Shown: piece by piece, positions 8,994 to 19,561 of the stretch | Layout of the letters: each line of letters starts with the position of its first letter | Position numbering within the stretch: the stretch's first letter is position 1 | Assembly (NCBI GenBank): GCA_040902005.1 | Contig: JBBDYA010000019.1 | Coordinates: 1-43,894, forward strand | Direction: 5' to 3' | Length of the DNA: 43,894 bases | Origin: Gemmatimonadaceae bacterium | GTDB lineage: Bacteria; Gemmatimonadota; Gemmatimonadetes; Gemmatimonadales; Gemmatimonadaceae | Translations under genes and position numbers: made by a program | Notes under the pieces: generated by a model | Told to the model about the DNA's origin: nothing | The model's database searches: none | What the model saw: only the letters and a program-made list of their open reading frames with translations

Positions 8994-10559
8994 CTATGCA
9001 ACTGCATACTGTTGCGTCACATCCCGCCCCGCGCTCTTGACCACCAGCTTGAACTCGTCCGGTCGCAGCAGCGGATCGTCGCGCAATTCCAGGTTGAACC
9101 CCGCGAGCTTCTCGAGCTTCTTCAGGAAATCGCGCTCTGTTTCGAGCAGGTACATCGCGACGTCCGGGTGCAGCTTGACGACGAGCGGATCGCGCTTGCC
9201 TTCTACCTGGATCCTCCGGATCGAGCGCTCCACCCGCCGCACGACCGTTTCCGCCGTGAAGACCCGCCCCGTGCCCTGACACACGGCACACGCCTCGGTC
9301 ATGTTCTGCAGGTGGCTCTGCCGCACGCGCTGGCGCGTCATCTCCACCAGCCCCAGGTCACTGACCGCAAACGCCTTCGTGCGCGCGCGGTCGCGTCCCA
9401 GGTGGGTGCGCAGCTCCTGCAGCACCTTCTCGCGGTTCGCCTTCACTTCCATGTCGATGAAGTCGCACACCACGATCCCCCCCACATCCCGCAGGCGGAG
9501 CTGGCGGGCCACCTCGCGCGCGGCCTCGACATTCGTTCGCAGGATGGTCTTTTCGGGGTCCTTCTTGCCCGTGTATCGGCCCGAGTTCACGTCCACGGAG
9601 ACCAGCGCCTCCGTGGGTTCGATGATGAGATAGCCGCCGGATGGCAGGTCGCAGCGGCGCTTGAACAGGTCCCGGATCTCGTGCTCGACGTTGGCCTTGT
9701 CGAAGAGCGGCACCTGCTCCTCGTAGAGCTTCACGCGGTCGGCCAGCTCCGGGGCCACGCCCTTGAGATACTCCACGATTTCGTTGTAGACCTGTTTGGA
9801 GTCCACGGTGACCTGCTCCACCTTTTCGCTGAACACGTCGCGAATCAGGCCGCGCGTCAGGCTCGTCTCGCGGTGAATGAGGGCGGGCGCGCGCACGAAG
9901 TGGGTCTTCTTCTTCATGCGCTTCCACTGGCTGATGAGCGTCTGGAGTTCCCGGCCGAACGTCTCCGGGGTCGCGTCCTCGCTCACCGTCCGGACGATGA
10001 CGCCGCCAGAGTCTGCCGGCAGGATTTCCTCGACCATCTTGCGCAGGCGCGTCCGTTCGGTCCGGTCACCGATCTTGCGGCTCACGCCGACGCGTGACGA
10101 GAACGGCATGTAGACCAGGAAGCGCCCCGCGAGGGACACCTCAGCCGTCACGCGCGGGCCCTTGGTCGAAATGGGCTCCTTGGACACCTGGACGATGAGG
10201 TCCTGCCCGCGCTTCACGGCATCCTGGATGGGGACTTCCTTGTTGCGACGCCGGCGCGGGGTCTCGTCGCCCTCGGCGTCGGTGTCGGTGTCGTCCTCCG
10301 GATCCACCGCCTCCTTGCCGTCCGCCTCGTCCGGGTAGATGACGTCGGACGCATGAAGAAAGGCGCTCTTCTCCGTGCCGATGTCCACGAACGCCGCCTG
10401 AATACCGGGCAGGACCGATTCGATGCGACCCAGGTAGATGTCGCCCACCATGCGGCGGGCGTCCGGCCGATCAACCAGAAGTTCGACGAAGTGGTCGTCT
10501 TCGAGAATCGCGACGCGCGTTTCGCGCGCCGTTGCATTGATGAGGATTTCGCGTTTCAT
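8994..10559 (-). CDS. rng: Ribonuclease E/G family (RNase G-sized)
   Basis: MKREILINA start, AAFVDIG S1 domain, TEALVSVDVNSG, DFIDM, EMTRQR, CAVC Zn-link. Confidence 0.93.
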   Translation of the reverse strand: MKREILINATARETRVAILEDDHFVELLVDRPDARRMVGDIYLGRIESVLPGIQAAFVDIGTEKSAFLHASDVIYPDEADGKEAVDPEDDTDTDAEGDETPRRRRNKEVPIQDAVKRGQDLIVQVSKEPISTKGPRVTAEVSLAGRFLVYMPFSSRVGVSRKIGDRTERTRLRKMVEEILPADSGGVIVRTVSEDATPETFGRELQTLISQWKRMKKKTHFVRAPALIHRETSLTRGLIRDVFSEKVEQVTVDSKQVYNEIVEYLKGVAPELADRVKLYEEQVPLFDKANVEHEIRDLFKRRCDLPSGGYLIIEPTEALVSVDVNSGRYTGKKDPEKTILRTNVEAAREVARQLRLRDVGGIVVCDFIDMEVKANREKVLQELRTHLGRDRARTKAFAVSDLGLVEMTRQRVRQSHLQNMTEACAVCQGTGRVFTAETVVRRVERSIRRIQVEGKRDPLVVKLHPDVAMYLLETERDFLKKLEKLAGFNLELRDDPLLRPDEFKLVVKSAGRDVTQQYAVA

Positions 10560-11007
10560 CGTGGGCCGTCCCGAGCGGTCCGCGCGGCGACTCGGCGCGC
10601 GGCGCGGGACGGTGGTGATGGATGAGGTGGGTGGGAGCGGCGCTCTCGGAGCGCATGCTCGTCGCCAGGTCTGTGGTCGTCCGCCCGCCATGCGTGATCG
10701 TCCACACCGGGACCGGTCGGCGCCGCGTATGACCGCGATAGAACGCGGCAAAACGCGAAATGAGCGCCAGCAGTAAGCGGCCAGGCATGCGATCGGCCCA
10801 CCGTCGGTGGCCGTGCGTCATGGAGGGGACGCGCGCGGTCACGGTACCCGATTGCACACCGGGCACCATCTCGCGCAGATCGTTCAGCCGCTGCCGGAAG
10901 TCGCTCGGCGCTGTCTGAACGGGAGAGTACGATGCAATCACTGTTGTATCACTAAAGCTCGACGCCGCTTTCCGCAATAGTGGCAACGACTTAGAGGCCC
11001 AGCCCGG

Positions 11008-12225
11008 TCAGTCGTTGAGCTGCCGAAGCAGGTGACGGGCGATCACGATCCGCTGGATCTCCGACGTGCCCTCGCCGATCTCGCAGATCTTGGCATCCCG
11101 CATCATGCGCTCGACCGGATAGTCCTTGGTGTAGCCGTAGCCGCCGTGGATCTGGATCGCCTTGATCGTCGCGCGCATGGCAAGCTCGGAACAGTACAGC
11201 TTGGCCATGGCCGCCTCCTTGGAGAACGGATGTCCGTTCTGGGCCAGCCAGGCGGCGTGGAACATCAGGTGCTTTCCCGCCTCGATCTCGGTGGCGATGT
11301 CGGACAACTGGAACTGAATTCCCTGGAAGCTCGCGATCGTCTGGCCGAACTGCTTGCGCGTATTGGCGTACTTCAGGGCCTCCTCGAAGGCGCCTTCCGC
11401 GATCCCGACGGAGAGCGCGGCGATCCCCACGCGCCCCGAATCCAGCGTGCGCATGAAGTTCTTGAACCCCTCACCTTCCTTGCCGAGCATGTTGTCTGCG
11501 GGGACCTCCACGTCCTCCATGATCAGCTCGGAGGTATCCGAGGCGCGCCACCCCAGCTTGTCTTCCTTCTTGCCCGCGCGAAACCCCGGCATCTCCGGAA
11601 TCGCCGGGTCGTGCCCGACGCCTGCGGCCGCCGCACCGGCGGGATCGTTCGTGTGCTTGGTGAGAATGAACGAGCTGATGCCGTCCGTCCCCCGCCCCTT
11701 CGTCGTCACGGCGGTGACGACGAAGATTTCACCGACGCCGCCGTGGGTGATGAACCGCTTGGTGCCGTTCAGGATGTAGCGATCGCCCTTGCGCGCGGCG
11801 GTTGTCTTCGTCCCCGCGGCATCGCTCCCCGCCTCCGGCTCCGTGAGTCCGAAGCCGCCCATCACCCTGCCGGACGCGAGCGTCGGGACGTAGGTCTTCT
11901 GCTGCGCGTCGGTGCCGAACTTCACGATGGGCGACGTTCCCAGCGTGGTGTGCGCCGAAACCGTGAGTCCGTGCGAGGCATCCACCTTGGCCAGCTCCTG
12001 GATCACGATCATGTAGCTGATCAGGTCCAGCCCGGCGCCACCCATCTCCTCGGGCCACGGAATGCCGAGGAGGCCGAGTTCGCCCATCTTGCGGATGTTG
12101 TCCCAGGGGAACGTCGCGTCGGCGTCATGCCGTGCCGCGACGGGGGCGACCTCGTCGCGGGCGAACTGCCGTACCATCTCGCGAACCTGCAGGTGCTGCT
12201 CGCCGAAATACAGTCCGTCGTCCAT
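11008..12225 (-). CDS. Acyl-CoA dehydrogenase (short/branched-chain type)
   Basis: [38 protein letters not shown]. Confidence 0.95.
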   Translation of the reverse strand: MDDGLYFGEQHLQVREMVRQFARDEVAPVAARHDADATFPWDNIRKMGELGLLGIPWPEEMGGAGLDLISYMIVIQELAKVDASHGLTVSAHTTLGTSPIVKFGTDAQQKTYVPTLASGRVMGGFGLTEPEAGSDAAGTKTTAARKGDRYILNGTKRFITHGGVGEIFVVTAVTTKGRGTDGISSFILTKHTNDPAGAAAAGVGHDPAIPEMPGFRAGKKEDKLGWRASDTSELIMEDVEVPADNMLGKEGEGFKNFMRTLDSGRVGIAALSVGIAEGAFEEALKYANTRKQFGQTIASFQGIQFQLSDIATEIEAGKHLMFHAAWLAQNGHPFSKEAAMAKLYCSELAMRATIKAIQIHGGYGYTKDYPVERMMRDAKICEIGEGTSEIQRIVIARHLLRQLND

Positions 12226-12252
12226 GGAGGTGGTCGAGTGTGGGTCCCAACG

Positions 12253-13938
12253 TCACTGCGGCAGGCAATTGTCGCACCCGCCACATCGACGGTCCGTTCT
12301 TCGCTCCCCGAAGTAAGCTAGCACGAACGATCGACGGCATTTCCTGGTGAAGGCGTACCCCTGCATCATGTCCAGCTTCTCCAGTTCGGACCGGCGGCGC
12401 CGCGCAATCGCGTCCCAGTTGATGGCGAGCGATCCGAACGCCGCGCCCGGATCGTGAAGCCGCAGTCCGTCCACGGGGCTGCAGTCGACGAACTGGTTCT
12501 CGCGCAGTCGCTGGAGCACGCCCTTGGCGCCGCGAACGCTGCGCGGCAACGTGGCCGCGTGGAGGACGACTCCCTCCTCCAGGCGCGCGCCGTGACGGCG
12601 CCACAGGTCGCGGAGCACGAGAATCTCGCCCGTCGTCGCCGCGCCGAGCTCGCGGCGGATCCGCGCGGGCGTCGCCACCAGTCGCACCCACAGTTTCGCG
12701 TCAACCGGGTCTGGATCCAGCACCACGCCATGTTGCCGCAGCAATCGCAGCCCGGACTCCACGTCGCGCGGCAAGAGGCCGCGGCAGTGGCGCGCGAGCG
12801 CCGCGGCATTCGCGGGTGCGGCGTTCCTGGCGCACAGCACCCGGAGCGTTTCGTGAACGCGCGCCACGCTGTCGCGCGTGGGAAACGTGCCGTTGATGAA
12901 CCACTCGTGTGTGAAGCGATCCTTGTACGCATGGAGCAGCACGCAGTGCGCGGCCATCCCGTCGCGCCCCGCCCGGCCCGCCTCCTGGTAATAGGCCTCG
13001 AGGGTGCCCGGCATCGCGTAGTGCACCACGAGGCGGACGTCCGGCTTGTCGATTCCCATGCCGAACGCGTTCGTGGCGACGATGGTGTCCACGCCGCCGC
13101 GCATGAAGCGCTCCTGCACCTCGTGCCGGATGTCGTCGTGCAACCCGCCGTGGTACGGTGCCGCGCGAAGGCCGGCGCGCGCGAGCTGCCGGGCGATGCG
13201 ATTCACCGCCGCGCGCGTGGGGGCGTACACGATCGACGGCCGGCCGTGGTGGCCGAGCGCATGGAGCAGCGCGCGGTCCTTGTCGGCGTCGGCGCGGCAC
13301 GGGGTTACGGCGTAGGAGAGATTCGTGCGATCGAACCCGCAGACGATGATTCGCGGCCGCCGCATCCGGAGCTGCCGCTCGATGTCGCGCCGCACGCGCG
13401 GGGTGGCCGTCGCGGTGAGCGCGATGACCTGAGGACGTCCCAGCCGCTCGCTCACGTCCGCGATCCTGCGGAAGCTCGGGCGGAAATCGTGTCCCCATTC
13501 ACTGATGCAATGCGCCTCGTCCACCGCGAGCAGCGAGACGCGGCTCTTCGCGAGACAGCGCATGAGGTCGGGCGCCTCGAATCGTTCCGGCGCGGCATAC
13601 AGGAGCGTGAGGTGCCCCTGCTGGGCTTGCGCCATTGTCGTCGCCACCTGCCCGGGCGGCAGCGTGCTGTTCAGAAACGCGGACGCCACACCGCGCGATC
13701 GCAGCCGGTCCACCTGATCCTTCATCAGCGAGATCAGGGGCGAAATCACCACAGTGAGGCCGGGCAGTGTCAGTGCGGGCACCTGATAGCAGAGGGACTT
13801 TCCGCCGCCCGTGGGGAGCACGCCGAGCGTGTCGTTCCCCGAGAGCACTGACTCGACCACATCCACCTGGCCGGGGCGAAAGTCGTCATACCCGAAGTAG
13901 CGCTTGAGCAGCGTCCTGGCGCGCGGCATGTGCGGCAT
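12253..13938 (-). CDS. recQ: RecQ-family DNA helicase (no HRDC)
   Basis: LPTGGGKSLCYQ, VDEAHCISEWGHDFRP, ATNAFGMGIDK, QEAGRAGRDG, terminal CRR...CGGCDNC. Confidence 0.92.
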   Translation of the reverse strand: MPHMPRARTLLKRYFGYDDFRPGQVDVVESVLSGNDTLGVLPTGGGKSLCYQVPALTLPGLTVVISPLISLMKDQVDRLRSRGVASAFLNSTLPPGQVATTMAQAQQGHLTLLYAAPERFEAPDLMRCLAKSRVSLLAVDEAHCISEWGHDFRPSFRRIADVSERLGRPQVIALTATATPRVRRDIERQLRMRRPRIIVCGFDRTNLSYAVTPCRADADKDRALLHALGHHGRPSIVYAPTRAAVNRIARQLARAGLRAAPYHGGLHDDIRHEVQERFMRGGVDTIVATNAFGMGIDKPDVRLVVHYAMPGTLEAYYQEAGRAGRDGMAAHCVLLHAYKDRFTHEWFINGTFPTRDSVARVHETLRVLCARNAAPANAAALARHCRGLLPRDVESGLRLLRQHGVVLDPDPVDAKLWVRLVATPARIRRELGAATTGEILVLRDLWRRHGARLEEGVVLHAATLPRSVRGAKGVLQRLRENQFVDCSPVDGLRLHDPGAAFGSLAINWDAIARRRRSELEKLDMMQGYAFTRKCRRSFVLAYFGERRTDRRCGGCDNCLPQ

Positions 13939-13994
13939 GCCGAACGATGCCGGGGGGTGGCGCCATGCACCCGACGGTTACCCCGCCGGCTGGA

Positions 13995-14183
13995 TCATTC
14001 CTTTGCCTCGCCGTTCTCCCGGCCGCGCCCCCCGGGGGGGGGGGCGAATCGCAGGACCAGCGACGCCGCGAGCAGCCCGATGCCCACCAGCCGGACGTCG
14101 GGGTTCTGCGCCTGGATTCCGTATCCCCAGACAAGGACACCGACGAAGAAGAGCGCGAGGCGCGCCTGCATCATGCGCGTCAC
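13995..14183 (-). CDS. Small two-TM hypothetical membrane protein
   Basis: (V)TRMMQARLALFFVGVLVWGYG...LVGIGLLAASLVLRF; GTG overlaps the upstream TGA. Confidence 0.65.
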   Translation of the reverse strand: MTRMMQARLALFFVGVLVWGYGIQAQNPDVRLVGIGLLAASLVLRFAPPPGGRGRENGEAKE

Positions 14184-14950
14184 GGCGAGCGCTCCCGGTC
14201 GGCCATGCGCCGCACCCCATCCTGGAACTCGGCAGTGGCGCGCGCTTCGACGTCGGTCACGACGCCCGCCGCGACGCCGTCCTCGAACGAGAGCGCGTCG
14301 AGCTTGTACAGCAGCCACTTGGTGAGCGCCAGCGACGTGCTGGGCGACTGCGCCATTCCCGCGAGGGCGGCAGCCACGTCCTGCTCGTAGGTCGCCGCCG
14401 GCAGCACGCGGCTGATCAACCCGATGCGCTCGGCTTCCTCCGCGGAGATCACCCGGCCGGTGAGCACCAGGTCGGCCGCGTGCTTCTCCCCCACCGTGCG
14501 CCGCAGCAGTGTCATGACCAGCGCGGGCACCGCGCCCCAGCGCACCTCGGGATACCCGAACTCCGCGTCCTGATGCGCGAGCACGAGATCGCAGGCCGTC
14601 GCCAGGCCGGTGCCGGCGCCCAGGGCGCGGCCCAACACCGAGCACACGACTGGTTTCATGAGCGCGCGGATGCCGAGCAGCACGCGGCCGTACGCTTCCG
14701 CGTCCTGTCGATGTTCCTCGCCGTTGGCGAGCAGGCCGGTGGAGAGCGCCTGGACGTCCGCGCCCGCGCAGAAGTCCTCGCCGTCGGCCGTGAGGTGCAC
14801 CACGCGCACCTGGCCATCCTGCTCGAATTGGTTGCATGCGGCGAACAGCTCGTTCGCCATTTCCAGATCGATCGCGTTTCGCCGCTCCGGGCGCGCGAGG
14901 ATGATCCGGCCGATGGAGCCCTGCTTCTCCAGGCGGATGCGGGGCATCAC
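14180..14950 (-). CDS. Enoyl-CoA hydratase/isomerase (LiuC-like)
   Basis: RPERRNA, FCAGAD, ALGAGTGLATACD, FGYPE. Confidence 0.9.
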   Translation of the reverse strand: MMPRIRLEKQGSIGRIILARPERRNAIDLEMANELFAACNQFEQDGQVRVVHLTADGEDFCAGADVQALSTGLLANGEEHRQDAEAYGRVLLGIRALMKPVVCSVLGRALGAGTGLATACDLVLAHQDAEFGYPEVRWGAVPALVMTLLRRTVGEKHAADLVLTGRVISAEEAERIGLISRVLPAATYEQDVAAALAGMAQSPSTSLALTKWLLYKLDALSFEDGVAAGVVTDVEARATAEFQDGVRRMADRERSP

Positions 14951-15300
14951 GCCACTCCGGGCAAGCCGAGGCGCCGGGCCTCCGCGTCAGAAACGTCGAT
15001 GACGAGACGCAGGAGCGCGGTGGAAAACACCTTGCCCTGCGCGTCAGTCTTGAGCGAGAGCGTTCCACCCCCGTCGAGCGCACCGTGCAGGAGAAAGTTC
15101 AGTGCATGGAGATTTGGGAGCTCGAAGCGTTCAACCGCGCCGGTGATCACGCCCTGAAAATGCGCCGCCACGCGGTCGCGCGTGAGCTCGCGCGCCAGCC
15201 ACGGGTACCATGCCGGCTTGAGCGCGATGACGCCCACGTTGGCGGTGTCTCCCTTGTCGCCCGATCGCGCGTGCGCGACGTCCACCAGCTGCACTCGCAT
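14947..15300 (-). CDS. Standalone AtuA C-terminal-like domain protein
   Basis: AHARSGDKGDTANVGVIA...LDGGG...DAQGK; TGATG overlap with the upstream gene. Confidence 0.85.
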   Translation of the reverse strand: MRVQLVDVAHARSGDKGDTANVGVIALKPAWYPWLARELTRDRVAAHFQGVITGAVERFELPNLHALNFLLHGALDGGGTLSLKTDAQGKVFSTALLRLVIDVSDAEARRLGLPGVA

Positions 15301-16664
15301 CAGGCGATCTCCACGCGTGGCCGGATCACGGTCTTGTCGACGAGCGCGGGCCAGTACGCGACGATCTCCTCCACCTTGGGGCGTCCGCCGGCGAATCCGG
15401 TGACGCCGGGGGGTCCGTTCAGCACCAGGGGGGCGATTTCGCGCGTGAAGCGCTCGACGGACGCGCGATTCTCCGAGCGCACGCCGATCCGGAGCTGTAC
15501 TTCGGGCGCTTCCTCCCCGGCGACGGACAGCGGACCATGCGCCGCGTTGACGCCGACGAACTCGGTGAGGACCTTGTCGAAGGTGAGCCCCAGCCGGTCG
15601 AGGCGTTCGCGGAGAATGCGATCGGCGAGCTGGGCTTTCTCCAGGGCGTCCGGCCAGGCGTAGACGAGCGTCCCCACCGCCTTGAATCCGCTGCGGTAGG
15701 CCACGGACACCTTGAGCTGGTCGGTGGCCGGTCGTCCCTTGATGCCCGACACCGTCACGCGATCGACGCCATCGGTCGCGAGCCGGATGGTGGTGAAGTC
15801 GGCGATGACGTCCGGCGTGATATACCGGTGCGGGTCGCCCATCTCGTACAGCAGCTGTTCGGAAACGCTCTGGACCGAGACGCGTCCGCCGGTGCCGGCG
15901 TGCTTCGTCACGGTGAACGTTCCATCGGCGCGTCCCTCGACGATCGGGTACCCGACGTCTGCGAGCTCGGGGATCGATCGCCAGTCGTGCATGCAGTTGC
16001 CGCCGGAACATTGCGCGCCGCACTCGATGATGTGGCCCGCGATGATGCCCGCGGCGAGCCGATCCCAGTCGTCGGCCTTCCAGCCGAACTCGAAGCGGAG
16101 GGGCGCCATGGTCAGCGCCGTGTCCGTGGAGCGTCCGGTGATGACGATCTGCGCGCCCCGGGTCAACGCCTCGACGATGGGAACCGAGCCGAGGTAGGCG
16201 TTCGCGGCGAGCACCCGGTCGCGTACCGTCGCCAGGGATTCGCCAGTATCCATGTTGCGCAGCTCATGCCCCGAGTCGATCAGCTCGTCCAGACGCGGCA
16301 GCAGATCGTCGCCGGTGACCACCCCGATCTTCACGTGGTCGGCCTTGGCCACGGCAAGGATTCCGCGCACCGCGGCGGCGCACGCGTCCGGATTCACTCC
16401 GCCGGCGTTCGCCACGATCTTCACGCCACGATCCACCACGGCGGGCAGGACGCTCTCCACGGCGCCGACGAAGTCGCGCGCGTAGCCCATGCGGGGATCG
16501 CGTTCCTTCTGCTTCTGAAGGATGGACATGGTGACTTCGGCCAGGTAGTCGAGCATCAGGTAATCCACCTGGCCGCCCTCCACTTGTCGACGCGGTGCGT
16601 CCAGCGAATCTCCCCAGAAGCCCTGCGCCGACGCCACCCGGACGACTGTGTCGTCACGGCTCAT
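15300..16664 (-). CDS. Acyclic terpene utilization AtuA family (DUF1446) protein
   Basis: [34 protein letters not shown]. Confidence 0.9.
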   Translation of the reverse strand: MSRDDTVVRVASAQGFWGDSLDAPRRQVEGGQVDYLMLDYLAEVTMSILQKQKERDPRMGYARDFVGAVESVLPAVVDRGVKIVANAGGVNPDACAAAVRGILAVAKADHVKIGVVTGDDLLPRLDELIDSGHELRNMDTGESLATVRDRVLAANAYLGSVPIVEALTRGAQIVITGRSTDTALTMAPLRFEFGWKADDWDRLAAGIIAGHIIECGAQCSGGNCMHDWRSIPELADVGYPIVEGRADGTFTVTKHAGTGGRVSVQSVSEQLLYEMGDPHRYITPDVIADFTTIRLATDGVDRVTVSGIKGRPATDQLKVSVAYRSGFKAVGTLVYAWPDALEKAQLADRILRERLDRLGLTFDKVLTEFVGVNAAHGPLSVAGEEAPEVQLRIGVRSENRASVERFTREIAPLVLNGPPGVTGFAGGRPKVEEIVAYWPALVDKTVIRPRVEIA

Positions 16665-18322
16665 GGCTGTGCCGTCAGGACGAAGGGGCCGAGATGCGGG
16701 CCGCGGTTCTGAAGCGCCGCGCGGAGCGCCATCGCGAGCACGTCGCGGGTCTCCTCCGGATAGACGATCGCATCCACATACCCGCGCGCGCCGGCGTACC
16801 GGGCGTCGAGCTGGTGCTCGTAGTCGGCGCGCATCTCCTCGATGCTGTCCCGGACGTCCACGGGCAGTTCGGCCTCGCGCCGCCGGGCGTCTTCGATGTC
16901 GGGGCCGTGCACCGCCTGCACGGCTGCTTCACCTTCCATGACCCCCATGCGGCCGGTGGGCCAGGAGAAGATGAAGTCGGGGTCGAACCCCTGGCCCGCC
17001 ATGGCGTAATAGCCGGCGCCCGAGGCGTGGTTCACCGTCAGCACGATCTTGGGGACGCGCGCGGTAGCCATCGCTTCCACGAAGTGCGCGCCGGCGCGAA
17101 TGATCCCCTCGTGCTCTGCCTCCGGTCCCACCATGAAGCCGGACACGTCCTGCACGAAGAGCAGTGGAATCCCCTGCCGGTCGCACCGCTCGATGAAGTA
17201 GGCGACTTTTTCCGCGCTCTCCGCATAGATGATTCCGCCGAACCGCGGCTTCTCGTCGGGGCGCCCCTTGATGAGGCCACGCTGGTTGGCGATCACGCCC
17301 ACCCCGATACCTTCGACCTTCGCGTCGCCGCAGATCATCTCCCCGGCCAGGTGCGCCTGGAATTCGTCCACCCGGCCACCGTCCACGATCGCGCGAAGCA
17401 CGGTGCGCATGTCGTAGGACATGCGGTGATCGGCGGGGAGCAGCGAATACAGCTCGTCGGTGTTTCGCGGGGCGCCTGTCGCTTCGTCCGTGCGCGGCGG
17501 CACGACCGATTGGGGCAGGACCGCGATGAGCTCGCGCAGTTTCCGGAGACAGGCGTCGTCATCGTCCACCGCGTAATGCGCCACGGCGCTGATCTCGGTG
17601 TGCGTCACCGCCCCGCCGAGGGTCTCGGCGTCGATGACCTGGCCGGTGGCGCCTTTCACGAGGTTGGGGCCGCCGAGCACCATGAACGAGGTGCCCTTGA
17701 CCATCACGATCAGGTCGGAGAGTGCCGGGAGGTAGGCGCCGCCCGCAATGCAGGGGCCCATGACGGCGGCGAGCTGCGGCACCTTGAGATAGCGCCGCAT
17801 GATGGAGTTGTAATAGAAGATGCGGGCGGCGCCGTATTGTCCCGGGAACACCCCGCCCTGGTACGGCAGGTTGACGCCCGCCGAGTCGACCAGGTAGATG
17901 ATCGGAATGCGGCAGCGCATCGCGATCTCCTGGGCGCGGAGGATCTTCTTGATCGTCTCGGGCCACCAGGAGCCCGCCTTGACGGTGGCGTCGTTCGCGA
18001 CGACGACAACCTCGCGCCCCTGGACCATGCCCACGCCCGTGACGACGCCCGCGCCGGGCGCCTGCCCGTCGTACTGGTCATACGCGACGAGCAACCCGAT
18101 CTCGAGAAAACGCGCGTCAGGATCGCACAGCAGGTCCACGCGCTCACGCGCCGTGAGCTTGTGCTGCTTGTGCTGGCGCGCGATGCGTTCCTTGCCGCCG
18201 CCCAGGCGGAGCTGCGCCTCGAGCGCGCGGAATTCAGCGCTGAGGTCGCGGAGACGGGACCGTCCGGCGGACTCGCCGGCGCCGTCGCCTACGCTTCCTG
18301 CTTCTCGCGCTCGGCGAACCAC
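16661..18322 (-). CDS. Acyl-CoA carboxylase carboxyltransferase subunit (LiuB/MCC-beta-like)
   Basis: [40 protein letters not shown]. Start approximate. Confidence 0.92.
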   Translation of the reverse strand: MVRRAREAGSVGDGAGESAGRSRLRDLSAEFRALEAQLRLGGGKERIARQHKQHKLTARERVDLLCDPDARFLEIGLLVAYDQYDGQAPGAGVVTGVGMVQGREVVVVANDATVKAGSWWPETIKKILRAQEIAMRCRIPIIYLVDSAGVNLPYQGGVFPGQYGAARIFYYNSIMRRYLKVPQLAAVMGPCIAGGAYLPALSDLIVMVKGTSFMVLGGPNLVKGATGQVIDAETLGGAVTHTEISAVAHYAVDDDDACLRKLRELIAVLPQSVVPPRTDEATGAPRNTDELYSLLPADHRMSYDMRTVLRAIVDGGRVDEFQAHLAGEMICGDAKVEGIGVGVIANQRGLIKGRPDEKPRFGGIIYAESAEKVAYFIERCDRQGIPLLFVQDVSGFMVGPEAEHEGIIRAGAHFVEAMATARVPKIVLTVNHASGAGYYAMAGQGFDPDFIFSWPTGRMGVMEGEAAVQAVHGPDIEDARRREAELPVDVRDSIEEMRADYEHQLDARYAGARGYVDAIVYPEETRDVLAMALRAALQNRGPHLGPFVLTAQP

Positions 18323-18702
18323 GATTTGATGTAGTCAGCGAGATCCGCGGTGCGGGTGCCGGGGCCGAACAGCTGGCCGGTGCCCAGGCGACGCAGCTCG
18401 TCCATGTCTTCCTTCGGGATGATGCCACCGCCGGTGACGAGGACATCGTCGCGGCCGGCGTCGCGCAGCAGCTCCAGCACGCGCGGAAAGAGCGTCATGT
18501 GCGCCCCGCTGAGGATCGAGAGGCCCACGACATCCACGTCCTCCTGCACCGCGGCGCTGGCGATCATCTCCGGGGTCTGATGCAGTCCGGTATAGATGAC
18601 CTCCATGCCGGCGTCGCGGAGCGCGGCGGCGACGACCTTCGCGCCGCGGTCGTGTCCATCCAGTCCCGGTTTTGCTACGAGCACCCGTATCGGACGAGTC
18701 AT
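18289..18702 (-). CDS. Acyl-CoA mutase small (cobalamin-binding) subunit
   Basis: [11 protein letters not shown] (DxHxxG), SILSGAH, GGIIP. Confidence 0.95.
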   Translation of the reverse strand: MTRPIRVLVAKPGLDGHDRGAKVVAAALRDAGMEVIYTGLHQTPEMIASAAVQEDVDVVGLSILSGAHMTLFPRVLELLRDAGRDDVLVTGGGIIPKEDMDELRRLGTGQLFGPGTRTADLADYIKSWFAEREKQEA

Positions 18703-18726
18703 CTGGCAGTCGTGCGGCGTGAGTCG

Positions 18727-18791
18727 GCATGCGTCATGACACCCCAGCGCATGCGTGATGCAACCTAGTGGTCCTTGCGCGCGACTAACAA
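18727..18791 (-). promoter_or_regulatory. Possible internal promoter with downstream direct repeat
   Basis: Minus strand TTGTTA-N18-TAGGTT, then two CATSACGCATGC copies 22 bp apart. Confidence 0.35.
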
Positions 18792-19523
18792 CATCTCCGA
18801 CGACGTGCGGCGCAGCGGGCGCGCGTGCCAGCCGTCCAGGGCCTGCTCCACGACCAGGCCCCCCTCCCGGCACAGCTCGGCCAGGTGCGTGGCCGTGTAG
18901 AGTCGGATGCGGTAGTCGCGGCGACGGTGGCCGCATGGGCCATTCCACTCGGACTCGATGGTCAGGAAACCGGACAGCGGGTCGAACGAGCGTTGCTGCG
19001 CCACCAGCGTGCCGTCGCGCGTGCGCCACCAGTCGCGGGCCAGGAACCGGGCGGACACGCCGTCCCGGCTGCCACCATGCCAGACCAGTACGCCGCCCGG
19101 GCGCAACACACGCGCGAACTGCCGAATCACCTCACGGTCGTCGCTGGGGTTCGCGAAGAAGCCAAACGAGGTGAACAGGTTGACCACCGCGTCGAACCGG
19201 CCGGTCCAGCGCGCGGGAAGCGCCCGCATGTCGGCGCGCGTGTACCGCAGCGTTGTCCCGGTGCCGCGCCCCTTGGCGCACTGGAGCAGGTGTCTGGAGA
19301 GGTCCGCGCCATCCACGTCGTAGCCGGCCTCTGCCAGCAGGTGTGCGTGACGACCCTGCCCGCATGGGCAGTCGAGGATACGCGCGCCGACTGGAAGTCC
19401 CATCACCTCGATGAGCCGGCCGACCTCCTGCCGGTCGCGCTCGAAGTCAAAGAGCGGCTCGTACTCGAGGAGATAGTGTTCGTCGAAGTACGACGTCCAC
19501 CACTCGGGTGGGTTCGATGACAT
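18765..19523 (-). CDS. Class I SAM-dependent methyltransferase
   Basis: [33 protein letters not shown]. Confidence 0.92.
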   Translation of the reverse strand: MSSNPPEWWTSYFDEHYLLEYEPLFDFERDRQEVGRLIEVMGLPVGARILDCPCGQGRHAHLLAEAGYDVDGADLSRHLLQCAKGRGTGTTLRYTRADMRALPARWTGRFDAVVNLFTSFGFFANPSDDREVIRQFARVLRPGGVLVWHGGSRDGVSARFLARDWWRTRDGTLVAQQRSFDPLSGFLTIESEWNGPCGHRRRDYRIRLYTATHLAELCREGGLVVEQALDGWHARPLRRTSSEMLLVARKDH

Positions 19524-19561
19524 TCTGCCGCGCCTCCAGCCAACTCTTCTTCAGAGGATCC

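Noticed and set aside
13940..13944. TTCGG upstream of recQ as an SOS box
   Set aside because: Single half-site with no partner at 11 bp.
14028..14044. C6-G11 tract as a phase-variation switch
   Set aside because: It lies after the TM helices near the C-terminus of a small ORF. Similar in-frame runs occur in trpC and trpD. There is no evidence of length variation.
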